From Octopus vulgaris (taxonomy: Eukaryota): a stretch of DNA of 64,000 nucleotides. Location: assembly GCA_951406725.2 (NCBI GenBank), contig OX597829.1:54126001-54190000 (forward strand). The letters are read 5' to 3'. Under the pieces are notes generated by a model that searched no databases, was not told the origin of the DNA, and worked only from the letters and a program-made list of their open reading frames with translations. The first letter of the stretch is position 1. The number at the start of each line of letters is the position of its first letter. The translations under genes were made by a program, and so were the position numbers. Positions 12,007 through 22,589 of this stretch are shown here, in pieces.

Positions 12007-12052
12007 TATATAGTGGAATAAATATTTACTTTTGAATTGTTATTATTTTCAG

Positions 12053-12550
12053 ATATGGGAAAGAAATACTGGAGGCGCAATTTTTTCCTCTCCAATTTGT
12101 ATTCCACCTTCCAAAAATGATGGCCAGGAAATTATCATATGTGGATCTCATAGTCATTATGTGTTCTGTTTTACAATTGATGGAGAACTTTGTTGGAAAA
12201 CAAATGTAAATTCTAGAATCTATGCAAGACCCTCAATCTTGAAGAATCTACATTTATTAACTTCTAATTCTAAGAAGCCTTTGAATTTACCTGTAAAAAG
12301 ACATTATCAATCATCAGTTCTTAGCGATGAAAATAATGAAAAGTCACTGAAATTAAATACCTGTACTGAGGATTTTAGTATTATCTTCTCAACTGATGGT
12401 AATTTGCATATTATTTGCATATCATGTGGTTGTGTATTGGGTGATTTCACTTTACCAGGAGAAGTGTTTTCTTCACCTCTTATTCTGGAGACAAACATTA
12501 TTGTTGGATGCCGAGATGACTGTATTTATTGCTTAACAGTTTCTGAATAA
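12053..12550 (+). CDS. AASDH: AASDH terminal coding exon
   Basis: ttttcag|ATA; IWERNTGGAIFSSP..GSHSHYVFC..PGEVFSSPLILETNIIVGCRDDCIYCL, TAA at 12548-12550; AATAAA at about 12633, 12977 and 13002. Confidence 0.92.
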   Translation: MWERNTGGAIFSSPICIPPSKNDGQEIIICGSHSHYVFCFTIDGELCWKTNVNSRIYARPSILKNLHLLTSNSKKPLNLPVKRHYQSSVLSDENNEKSLKLNTCTEDFSIIFSTDGNLHIICISCGCVLGDFTLPGEVFSSPLILETNIIVGCRDDCIYCLTVSE

Positions 12551-12774
12551 TAGTTTACTCCTCAACAAAAAAACAAAAAAATGAAATTGTAAATATATGT
12601 ATATATATATATATATATATGTTTGTATTGTTAATAAAGCTTACCTCTTACTGTTTGAAATGTTTTCTCTCGCAATTTTTTGTTTTAGTTTTTTCTTTTT
12701 TTTCAAAGTTGTTCTTATTGTTATTGTTACTACTACTACTACTTCGACTGGTGGTGGCAATGGCAACAGCAGCA

Positions 12775-12776
12775 AC

Positions 12777-12859
<83 letters not shown>

Positions 12860-12903
12860 CAGCAGCAGTAGTAGTAGTAATAGTAGTAGTAGTAGTAGTA
12901 GTA
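12775..12903. repeat. (AGT)n microsatellite just downstream of the AASDH stop
   Basis: About 40 AGT units with an AGC interruption. Confidence 0.95.
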
Positions 12904-13104
12904 TGTGGCTTGTTGTTTTAAAAACAGAACAAATAATCTGTTTCATCAAATTATATTAAAAATGGAAAGAAAACCAAATAAAAGAATCACACAAATTGGG
13001 AAATAAAGTACACTGCATTCTGCCTTTGAATATATCTATATACAAGTTTCTGAGTCTGGATACTGGCCTGAAGAAGTGAGTCCTCACTCCCATCATATAT
13101 GCAA

Positions 13105-13733
13105 TTAACCCTTTAGCATTCAGTTTAGTTTGTCAAAAGTAATGCTTATTACTCTTTACTCTTTACACTTTTACTTGTTTCAGTCATTTGACTGCGGCCA
13201 TGCTGGAGCACCGCCTTGAATCGAGCAACTCGACCCCAGGACTTATTCTTTTGTAAGCCCAGTACTTATTCTATAGGTCTCTTTTGCCGAACCGCTAAGT
13301 AACGGGGACATAAACACACCAACATCGTTTTTCAAGCAATGCTAGGGGGACAAACACACACACATACACATATACATATATACATATATACGACAGGCTT
13401 CTTTCAGTTTCCGTATACCAAATCCACTCACAAGGCATTGGTCGGCCCGAGGCTATAGCAGAAGACACTTGCCCAAGATGCCACGCAGTGGGACTGAACC
13501 CGGAACCATGTGGTTGGTAAACAAGCTACTTACCACACAGCCACTCCTGCGCCTATTAAGTCACTTTATTTTAAATTAATCACACATTATCTCATAACGT
13601 CAAGGTTTTTATGATCTGATTGCTTATATGTTTGCTATAGGGTAAGTGTGAGAGTTTAAATCTTGTCAGTTTGAACATAAAACTTATAAAATATTTCGGC
13701 TGGATATGGATGGATTAAATACTAAAGGGATAA
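13105..13733 (+). mobile_element. piggyBac-type MITE family D interrupted by a SINE
   Basis: TTAACCCTTTAGCATT..(SINE)..AATACTAAAGGGATAA; consensus inferred from the other copies. Confidence 0.8.
13151..13556 (-). mobile_element. Near-intact tRNA-derived SINE family B
   Basis: Minus strand shows A-box TGGCTGTGTGG, B-box-like GGTTCAGTCCC, an internal (TA)/(TG) tract and an (AGAGTAA)n tail. Other copies at about 31913-32315, 33853-34586, 38300-38570, 48266, 53805, 60350 and 63870. Confidence 0.85.
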
Positions 13734-13924
13734 ATCATATCTTTGGCTTCTAATCCTAAAGAAACCTATTCTTCTTCGGGTCTAACCATAACTAATTCCT
13801 TAAAAAAAAAAAATAATAAATAAGAGAGACAATAAAAAAATATCATCATTAGGTTCTTTATTTGTTGACCCACAAGAAACCAAAAATTTGAATGTAGAGG
13901 GGAAAGGATTTCAAGGCATTTTAT

Positions 13925-14153
13925 TTAACCTTTAGCATTCAGATTACTCTGTCAAATGTAATGCTTATTCTTTTTCACGTTGTTTCCAATTAACTGCGCA
14001 TTCTCTTGAAGCTTTGGGATTTCAAAGATGGGATTGTTTATTTTTAGAATGACATTGTAGGGTAAGTGTGAGAGGCTGAATCTGGTTAGTTTAAACATAA
14101 AATAGGTAGGATATTTAGGCCAAATATGGCTAGATTAAATGCTAAAGGGTTAA
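13925..14153 (+). mobile_element. piggyBac-type MITE family D, complete copy
   Basis: TTAACC(C)TTTAGCATT ... AATGCTAAAGGGTTAA; copies at 29905-30119, 31461-31848(-), 32782-33445, 34612-34838, 44484-44685, 45199-45426 and 50775-50998(-). Confidence 0.85.
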
Positions 14154-14609
14154 AACTCTGATGAATCCACCAGTTCAGTTATGTGTGTGTGGGTATTATA
14201 CAATCACACACACATGCAATGTGTATGTATATGTGGAGGGAGAGAGAGAGAGAGAGAGGGATATCTTTGTTGAAAGATAGAATACTCTCTTGGCTGATAG
14301 AAGCTAAAGTCAATGAAATCAACTATTTACTTAGAGTAATATTTGTAAGAAAGAGAGAACATGTGTGTAGGTGTGTTTATGACAGACTAACAGATACTAT
14401 TGATAGAATTGTTAGCATGCCAGACAAAATACTTAGTGGTGTTTCATCCATCTTTACGTCCTGAGTTCCAATTCCACTAGTATCAACATTGCCTTTCATC
14501 CTCCTGGGCCAATAGAATAAGTACCAGTTGAACACTTGAGTAGATGTAATTGATTTACTCCCTCCCACAAAACTGCTGGCCTTGTGCCAAAATTTGAAAC
14601 TATTATATC

Positions 14610-14895
14610 CTAGTGCTTACGGATGTTTCACTCACGATTGTGAAATCATGGTTTCAATTCCTAGACCAGGTGTTATATTGTGTTCTTGAGCAATACACTT
14701 CATTTCAAGTTGCTCTGCAATCACTTCGACACCTGACATGTGGTACACCTGTGCACCTGTTCAGGTAATGACGATTTGATGGAGAGAATGAACTAATGAA
14801 CAGCACATACATTTGATTACTGTAAAAGCATCATTTGTGCAGGTCGTTTGGCAAAAGCTGATCATTTATACATTGTCTTCACTGAGAAAGTCCAT
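14610..14895 (+). mobile_element. tRNA-derived SINE, third family
   Basis: B-box-like (g)gtttcaattcc, then tgtgttcttgagcaatacacttcatttc; related head at 21895-22145. Confidence 0.55.
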
Positions 14896-15076
14896 TATTA
14901 TTATTATTTTTTTCTTTTTATCTCAAGTTTTGTTGGAACTCCTGGAATCTTGTATGTGTAGCGGGCTTTCTTCCTGCAGCCTACAGTATCATGCTATCTT
15001 TTTTTAACTATCTAATACTTTCCTGATTATTCCATGCCAAAGAGGCAAACCTTTTGTAACAGTTTTTATTATTATC

Positions 15077-15125
<49 letters not shown>

Positions 15126-15129
<4 letters not shown>

Positions 15130-15688
15130 TTCCCAATTGAATTGCATTTTATTTCATCTTCCAACCAGGTTTCAACCATAGACCTAAGGCACATAAATAT
15201 CAGATGTAGAGAAATTTCCTGAGAATGTGGATGGTTGATGTTAGCACAATTTTTTGAGTCTCATAGATTTTTGGTTTCCCAGGGATTTGGTCAAAAAGCT
15301 TGTCAGTACCTTTCTTGGTCATTCCCAGGCCACCTACAACAACAGGAATGGTTTTGGTTTTTAATCGCCTTGTCCTAGACATCTCAATCTCAAGGTCCTT
15401 TTCTTTCAACAGTTTTTCAAATTCTTTTGCTGAGACATTTCTATCACTAGGTACTGTCATGTCAATTAACAGGCATGTTTTTTGTTTTAGGTCTTTGATG
15501 ATGATGTCTGGTCTGTTAGTATTTATTTGCCTGTCTCTATGTATTCCATAATCCTATAGGATAGTAACATTCTCTCCCTCAGTGACTGACTCTGGATGGT
15601 GTTCATACCAGTTCTTACAGTGCAGAATACCAGTGATGGCATATTCTCCAGTCCAAGTATTGGCCAACAGGATCATGTCTGGTCTTTA
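15126..15688 (-). mobile_element. R4/Dong-clade non-LTR retrotransposon 3' fragment (restriction-like endonuclease)
   Basis: RHDPVGQYLDWRIC..WYEHHPESV..NRPDIIIKD..LLIDMTVPSDRNVSAKEFEK..PVVVGGLG; flanked by (TAA)n on its own strand, the known Dong target. Confidence 0.85.
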
Positions 15689-15699
15689 TTATTATCATT

Positions 15700-16292
15700 A
15701 CATTCTAAATACAAATTCCACCAAGGTTGACTTTGCCTTTCATCCTTTTGGTGTCGATAAATTAAGTACCAGTTATGCAATGGGGTTGATGAAATTGACT
15801 GTCCCCCTCCTCACAAAATTCAGACCTTGTGCCCATAGTAGAAAGGATTATTATTAATAAGGCAGTGAGCTGGCAGAATCGTTAGCGTACTGGACAAAAT
15901 ACTTAGTGGTATTTTGCCCATCGCTACATTCTGAGTTCAAACTCCACCAAGATTTGACTTTGCCTTTTATCCTTTCAGGGTCGATAAAATAGTACCAGTT
16001 GAACATTGGGGGTTGGTGTAATTGACTCATCCCCTCCCCCAAAACTGCTGCCCTTGTGGCAAAATTTGAAACCATTAAAGGTGGCAAGCTGGCAGAATCA
16101 TTAGCATGCTGAACAAAATGCTTAGCAGTATCTCACCTGTCGCTATGTTCTGAGTTCAAATTCTGCCTAGGCCAACTTTGCCTTTTATCCTTTTGGGTTG
16201 ATGTAATAAATAGACTAGCCTTCCCCCCACCACCACCACCACCAAATTTCAGGTCTTGTGCCCATAGAAGAAAGGATTATTATTATTATTAT
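15700..16292 (+). mobile_element. Head-to-tail cluster of tRNA-derived SINE family C with (ATT)n tails
   Basis: ggc..gagctggcagaatcgttagc (A-box), gagttcaaa(c/t)tcc (B-box), gactttgcctttcatcc. Further copies at 14395, 19700, 33446, 42279, 43000-43850, 47720 and 48615. Confidence 0.85.
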
Positions 16293-16539
16293 TGTGTTGC
16301 TGATTGCTTGGAATGATAAAATTATGTTTTGTTCATGTTTAGAATAAAAATGGTGGATTTTTCTAATAACTGGATAATTATAATTCTTCCTGTACATAAA
16401 TAATTATTTCTGTGTTGTGTCTTGTGGACTTATTTTAGAAAGGTGGGAGGAATCTGTTTTTAATTTTTCTCTCCATTGTCTAGAGATAAAAAAAAAAAAA
16501 AGAGACAGTTTTGAACAGTTTTTGTTTAACATTCATCCA

Positions 16540-17775
16540 AAACCACATGAAGGCAATCCCCACTCAATAACTTAAGCAATGAGGACCAAATACAAAAACT
16601 GTCAGCCCAAGCTAGTTGGACAGCAGTGTGGTTTCCATCCTGAACACAGCACAACTGACCAGATGTTCACTCTGTTGCAGATCTTAGAGAAATTGTAGGA
16701 ATACTGCCAAGAAGTGTACACTTGCTTTTTAGACCTCAAAATAGTGTATGACTGCATGCCGTGAAAAGTTTTACAGAAATTTGGGATTACTAGGCAACCG
16801 TTGGTTGCTCTGAAGCCCCTAATATGAATGCCAGATCTTTTTGTTCTGATAAACCATGCTAAGTGAAAACCTCCCAATGTGGGTGTCATGCTTTGACAGG
16901 GGTATTCTCACTTACCTGTTTCCTAATTTCTATGAACTGGATTGACATGCACAACCATTGTGGAAATGGTATCACAATCGGTGTGTGTAGGATCGGTCAG
17001 CTGATATTTAGATGCAACAAGGTGTTGCTTGGTTCATCAGAAGATGATCTCAAGCATACATTGAATGGGTTCAAGATGCCAAGTGCTGCAAGGCAGGGAT
17101 GAGAATTAATGTTGCAAAGACTGAGACATTGGTCCTCTCAAGAAAGTCTTCCCACTAAGGGGGCCTTATTTATGAGTGATTGAAAGTAGGAAGAGGAATT
17201 GGATGTTAGAATTGCAGGTTCTGGCACAGTTATGCACCAGCTCCAGTGTTTGAATCTCAGAAGAGGAGAGGCTCATAAAAAAAGCCAAACTTGCTACCTT
17301 CAATTCGGTTTTCATGCCTATCTTCACCAATGGGCATGAATTTTGGACAAATGACCAAAAGAGTATGATTGTAGATACAAGTGCTGCAATGGGGGGTTCC
17401 TCCAAAGTGTCTCTGGAGCAACATTACTTGACAGGATGCTTAGAGATCAGGTCATTTTTCCAGATTGAGCCACTAATTCTCTGCGTTAAGAAGTCACAGC
17501 TCCGGTGTTTACAGACATAATTAGAATGTCAGAGGAAAGAATCACAAGATGGATTCTTCAAGCCAAGCCAAGTGGCAGGAGACCTAAATGTAGACCAAGA
17601 ACAAGATGGTTTGATAATATCCATAGGCTTAGTTGGCCACAGTTGGAAAGTATAATGATGTTTGCTTCTGATAAAATTCCATGGAATTCTGATAGAACTC
17701 CATAGAGTCCCATTGGAATTCTATCTCCATGGTCCTTCCAAGAATAGTGGACAGAGAAGACAGATGAATTGATGA
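16540..17775 (+). mobile_element. Decayed RTE-clade LINE (Expander/Rex3-like) RT fragment
   Basis: QQCGFHPEHSTTDQMFTLLQILEK..CFLDLK; SQLR..IIRMSEERITRWILQAKPSGRRPKCRPRTRW. Confidence 0.8.
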
Positions 17776-18029
17776 AACTTATTTAGACATGCAAATGGTA
17801 AAAATTTAAATGAAAAAGAATATATTGAAATACTCCCCTGGCACGTAAAAAGCACCCACTACACTCGCAGAGTGGTTGGCGTTACCAAGGGCATCGAGCT
17901 GTAGAAACACTGCCAGATCAGACTGGAGCCTGGTGCAGCCCCTGGCTTCCCAGACCCCGGTCGAACCGTCCAACCCGTGCTAGCGCGGAAAACGGACGTT
18001 AATCGATGATGATGATGATGATTTAGAAA

Positions 18030-18590
18030 AAAAATATTACAAATTTCAAGAGAAAAAATAGCACCTTAATTGGAATCAATTAAAAATATATAAATGAAGG
18101 AAATTATGAATTTATTTAGAATTTATATATTAAAAGTTTTTAATGGAATAAAAAAAATTAGCATTGTATGTAGAATTTAAAGCATTAAAAATTGAAAAAA
18201 AAATCAACTTTTTTTGATTTAAAGAGTTAAAAACTTTCTGTTATAATTTACTGTTAGAATTTACTTGTAAAAATTATGAGCTTTTTAAGAATTTAGTGTT
18301 AAAATTTAAATACAAATAAAATTTATCAACTTATTTAGAGTTTAAATGTTAAAAACTTTATTAGAATTTAAAGAATAATGAATGTTTTAGAAATGATCAG
18401 CTTATTTAGATTTGGATTTTTAAAAGTGTTAAAAATCCAAATGAATAAAAAATATAAAATTATTTAGAATTTAATGTGATGAAAGTTTAATTGAAAAATG
18501 ATCAATTAGTTTAGAATTTAAAATGTTAAAAATTTTAAACAGAATAAAACTTCAACTTCTTTGGAATTTAACATGTTAAAACTTTGTTTT
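18030..18590. repeat. AT-rich degenerate tandem repeat, period about 50 bp
   Basis: Recurrent atcaacttatttagaatttaaaatgttaaaaa motif. Confidence 0.6.
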
Positions 18591-19119
18591 ATGATTAAGT
18601 TTAGATACAAACAAAATAGTCTAAAAACGACTAGGCTATTTAAATTGGTAGAATTCAGATGTTTTGATAATTGCATTTCTCAGCACAATTTTACATTCAC
18701 ATAAAATAGTTTTCTGCAGCTATACTTAAAAAAAAATTTATAGTTCCAGTCATGAGGAAAGGTCTGTCTCATGACCTTCACCAAATCCTCCAAGAATGGT
18801 AAGACTGGTGCCGTTTAGTTTCAGCTTAAATAGTTGTAAGTTGATACCTGTACGAATAAAAAAACATGGGTGAGAGTGCTATATCAGGGTGCTGACGTTT
18901 CATGGCAGAACTGGGGAAGTGTTTTGTGCAAAGTAGGAAGCTGGGTAAATAGAAAATGAGAGAATGCAATGTGGTGACGTGTGTTGGGAGGGTTTGGGTG
19001 GAAGGGATATGAAAATGTGAAGAGTCGAGATCCTTGTAGTTGTGTTAGAAAAATCAGAACGAGAAGACAGAACAGCTGTGGGCCTATGGCTAGGGTTAGA
19101 GTAAATTGGTGAGTGAGTC

Positions 19120-19645
19120 CTTGCCAATCAACTGGATGGCCTTCATTTAGATGCTATCTGGGATATTTGCTTGTGTAGCAGCAATACTATTCAAAATGTG
19201 GGAGCAGTTTTCCATTGTGGGTCTCAGTTGGTCTTTGTAATGAAACAGGACCTGTTCGGAAGCTGAAATGACTTTTGGTTTTTGAAGAGGAAGCTCATTG
19301 ATGATTAGGAAGTGACTGGATAATCCAAACATGCAGAGTCAGTGATGGATTAAACGATTTTGGAGATGAGGGAGTGCTCTCAGATATTTGGTCTTTAATA
19401 TCAGTTAGAGATGTGTGTAGAGGATCCTAATTACTGCAGAGTGTTGAAGATTGCAAGAGATTCTTCTTCTGCACCAACTGCATCAATGTGGAAAGAATGA
19501 AAGAGCCAAGAAGAGTTGAAGTCACCAAAGACAATGATTTCAAAGAGATGTAATATGTGGTGGATGCCCTTAGTGCAGCAGGACAAAAGACAAACAGTTT
19601 TTGGTTGCTAGAGAAGTGAGAGAGTTGGAGAGGAAGCAGTGACTT
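19120..19645 (-). mobile_element. CR1/Jockey-group LINE fragments
   Basis: YKDQLRPTMENCSHI (post-RT motif) and IIVFGDFN (AP endonuclease motif). Confidence 0.6.
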
Positions 19646-19918
19646 TTCATGAGATTAACTGAAAGTCCTTAGAGAAAGTGGAGTTTATATATATATAAAA
19701 AGGTGGCGAGCTGGCAGAAACATTAGCGCGCTGGGTGAAATGTTTAGCAGTATTTCGTCTGTCGTTATGTTCTGAGTTCAAATTCCACCAAGGTCGACTT
19801 TGCCTTTCATCCTTTCGGGGTCGATAAATAAAGTACCAGTTTTGCAACTGGGGTCATTGTGATTCCTTTGTCCTTGTTTGTCCCCTCTATGTTTAGCCCC
19901 TTGTGGGCAGTAAAGAAA

Positions 19919-19972
<54 letters not shown>

Positions 19973-20589
19973 CACCACCTTTCAGAATGGGGTCTGGGCA
20001 GTAGAGATGGGCTATTAGTAAGGGCAGAACAGCTCATGTGGTTTGCACTATTGTTATTTAACACTCAATCAGATTTGACTGAACAGATTTCTAATCTGCT
20101 CAATCATGACCACATTGTCTTGTTTCCAAGATTTTTTCCAGGATTGCATCTTTCTTCTCTTAGACAGTAGAATGTAATTTGAGGGCTATTTGGCTAATAT
20201 TTCAAGTCAATCCAGCAACTACATAGAGGTGTATGGGTGCCATATCTAAGGTACCAGCTGTAGTGAGGTTGTCTTATTGGACTCAGAGGTAAGTGATTCC
20301 TGATGAATCTATGAAAAGCAAAACTAGTTAGATGACCTTCACTTCTAATTGATTAATTTCCTGTGGTTTATCCACAGGTTATTTTCTCACAAGTGAAACA
20401 AATAATTACAGGTAAGTTCACCACCATCAATTCACTGTGAGGAAAGTTTACCAAGAAAATATATCCATAATACCTCACCAGTAATAGTTAAAAACTATTT
20501 TATTGAAAAAAAGGAATGGTGAATTGATGACAATGAATTTTCCTTGTGGTAAACTGATGATGGGGAACTGATGACAAAACTTGTCCTGG

Positions 20590-21532
20590 CTTAGGAAACA
20601 TTCAAAGAAATCAACTGGATCTGCTCCATGATGTGATCAGCTTGGTGTGCTTTTATCAGGTGTCAGAAGACAGGGCACCCACCCACCCACCAAGCAGAAA
20701 CCTTTGTCATGCCAAGTTCACTGGGCAGAATATTCTCAACTTTTTCATGGGATATGTTCATAGCATTAGCTATTTGATTTATAGTCAATCTCCTGTCGTC
20801 CATCACCATGTGGTGAACACAATCAATGTTTTCCTCGATGGAAGGAGTTGCAGTATGTCCAGAACTTGGGCCATATTCAAGATCCTCTGTTCATCATCAT
20901 CATCATCATCGTTTAACGTCCGTTCTCCATGCTAATATGGGTTGGACGGTTCAACCGGGGATCTGGGAAGCCAGAAGGCTGCACCAGGCTCCGGTCTTAT
21001 CTGGCAAAGTTTCTACAGCTGGATGCCCTTCCTAACGCCAACCACTCCATGAGTGTAGTGGGTGCTTTTTACGTGCCACCTGCACTGGTGCCAGGCGAGG
21101 CTGGCATCGGCCACGGTCGGATTGGTGCATTTTACATGCCACCTGCACGGAAGCCAGTCAAGGCGGCACTGGCTTCGGCCACGTTCGGATGGTGCTTTTT
21201 CTCCTAAATTTAGCTGCCCACTTTTGAACTGTTGATAAAGCTGGAGTATCATCCCCTAATGTAGTAATCACATCTGCATGAATGTCCTTGGTGGGGAGCT
21301 AAACCCTTTTGCTGTATGCACTTGATAACTCTACAATGCCAAATTCTGTCCATTCTTAAGAAAAATCACTATTAGTTACTTTTGAAGTGTTCTTTGAACA
21401 GTCAGATGTCAGTTTACCTGGAAAGAAACAATCCAGTTATTAATAAGAAGGGTTGAAATTAATGTATGCAAGATTTCACAGCTCTTGCACCACTCCTTCA
21501 TAGCCAGTTCATGAACTTTTCAGCCCACCTCA
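20590..21532 (-). mobile_element. mariner 5' half split by a family A insertion (20892-21200)
   Basis: MDRIWHCRVIK..DIHADVITTLGDDTPALSTVQKWAAKFRR | ..EENIDCVHHMVMDDRRLTINQIA..ELGMTKVSA..WVP; terminus followed by TA. Confidence 0.8.
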
Positions 21533-21569
21533 TATATATCAGTCTGTGTCTCTGTCTATCTGCCTGCCC

Positions 21570-21623
<54 letters not shown>

Positions 21624-22589
21624 ACACACGTGCTTTTCTCGAACTATCTGCTCCTTTCTCTTTCTCCTGCAATGTGGACTTCTCCCTCTGTCTTACAAAG
21701 AGTGATACTTGAACAATCATTTCCATTCCTATTTTCCCATCTAAAACTTTCACTGAATTGTCAATCTAATCTATTAACTGTGTACACCCAATTGACTTTT
21801 GTTGTTGTTTCCTGTATTTTTTTTCATTTTGGATTTGCCTGTGTGTGTGTGTGTGTGTGGGGGGTACATGCATGCGTGCGTGTGTGTATGCGTATGCATG
21901 GTTAGGTGTGTTGCCCTCACAATCTCTAGACCATAGGTTCAATTCCTAGATCGACCTGCATATTGTGATCTTGAGCAAACACATTTCATTTCACATTGCT
22001 CCAGCCCCTTTTGATCAGGAGAGAAATATTGACTTGCTCACCTAGCCAGTGGGGTGGCACCATTTGAAGACTAAAATGATACAAAGTGTATAGTGACCAG
22101 TGGTGTGTAACAACATCTGATAGTCTGGTCAGTCATGTGATAAATATATATATATATACAGTAATACCTCACTTTACAAGGATCTGCTTTATGAGCTTTT
22201 ATGAGTTTTATTTTCTGTTTACAAGTTTTCGCTCTACAAGTATTCTCCAGGAACAAATAAACTTGTACATTGAGGCATTAATGTGTCTGTGTGTGTATAT
22301 ATATATATATATCATCATCATCATCATCATCATCGTTTAATGTCCGCTTTCCATGCTAGCATGGATTAGACGGTTTGACCAGGGTCTGGGAAGCCAGGAG
22401 GCTGCACCAGGCTCCAGTCTGATCTGGCAGTGTTTCTACAGCTGGATGCCCTTCCTAATGCCTACCACTCCGTGAGTGTAGTGGGTGCTTTTTACGTGCC
22501 ACCTGCACAGGGGCCAGGGGAGGCTGGCAATGGCCACGGTCAGTTGGTGCTTTTTACATGCCACCGGCATGAAAAGCTATTGAATGTGG

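Noticed and set aside
12597-12959. Poly-Ser/Val/Leu ORFs
   Set aside because: Reading frames through the (AGT)n microsatellite
13066-13092. CTGAAGA-AGTGAG-TC-CTCACT hammerhead-like half
   Set aside because: No GAAA after the stem and the loop is too short
13440-13556. tRNA gene
   Set aside because: A/B-box-like motifs belong to SINE heads; no cloverleaf
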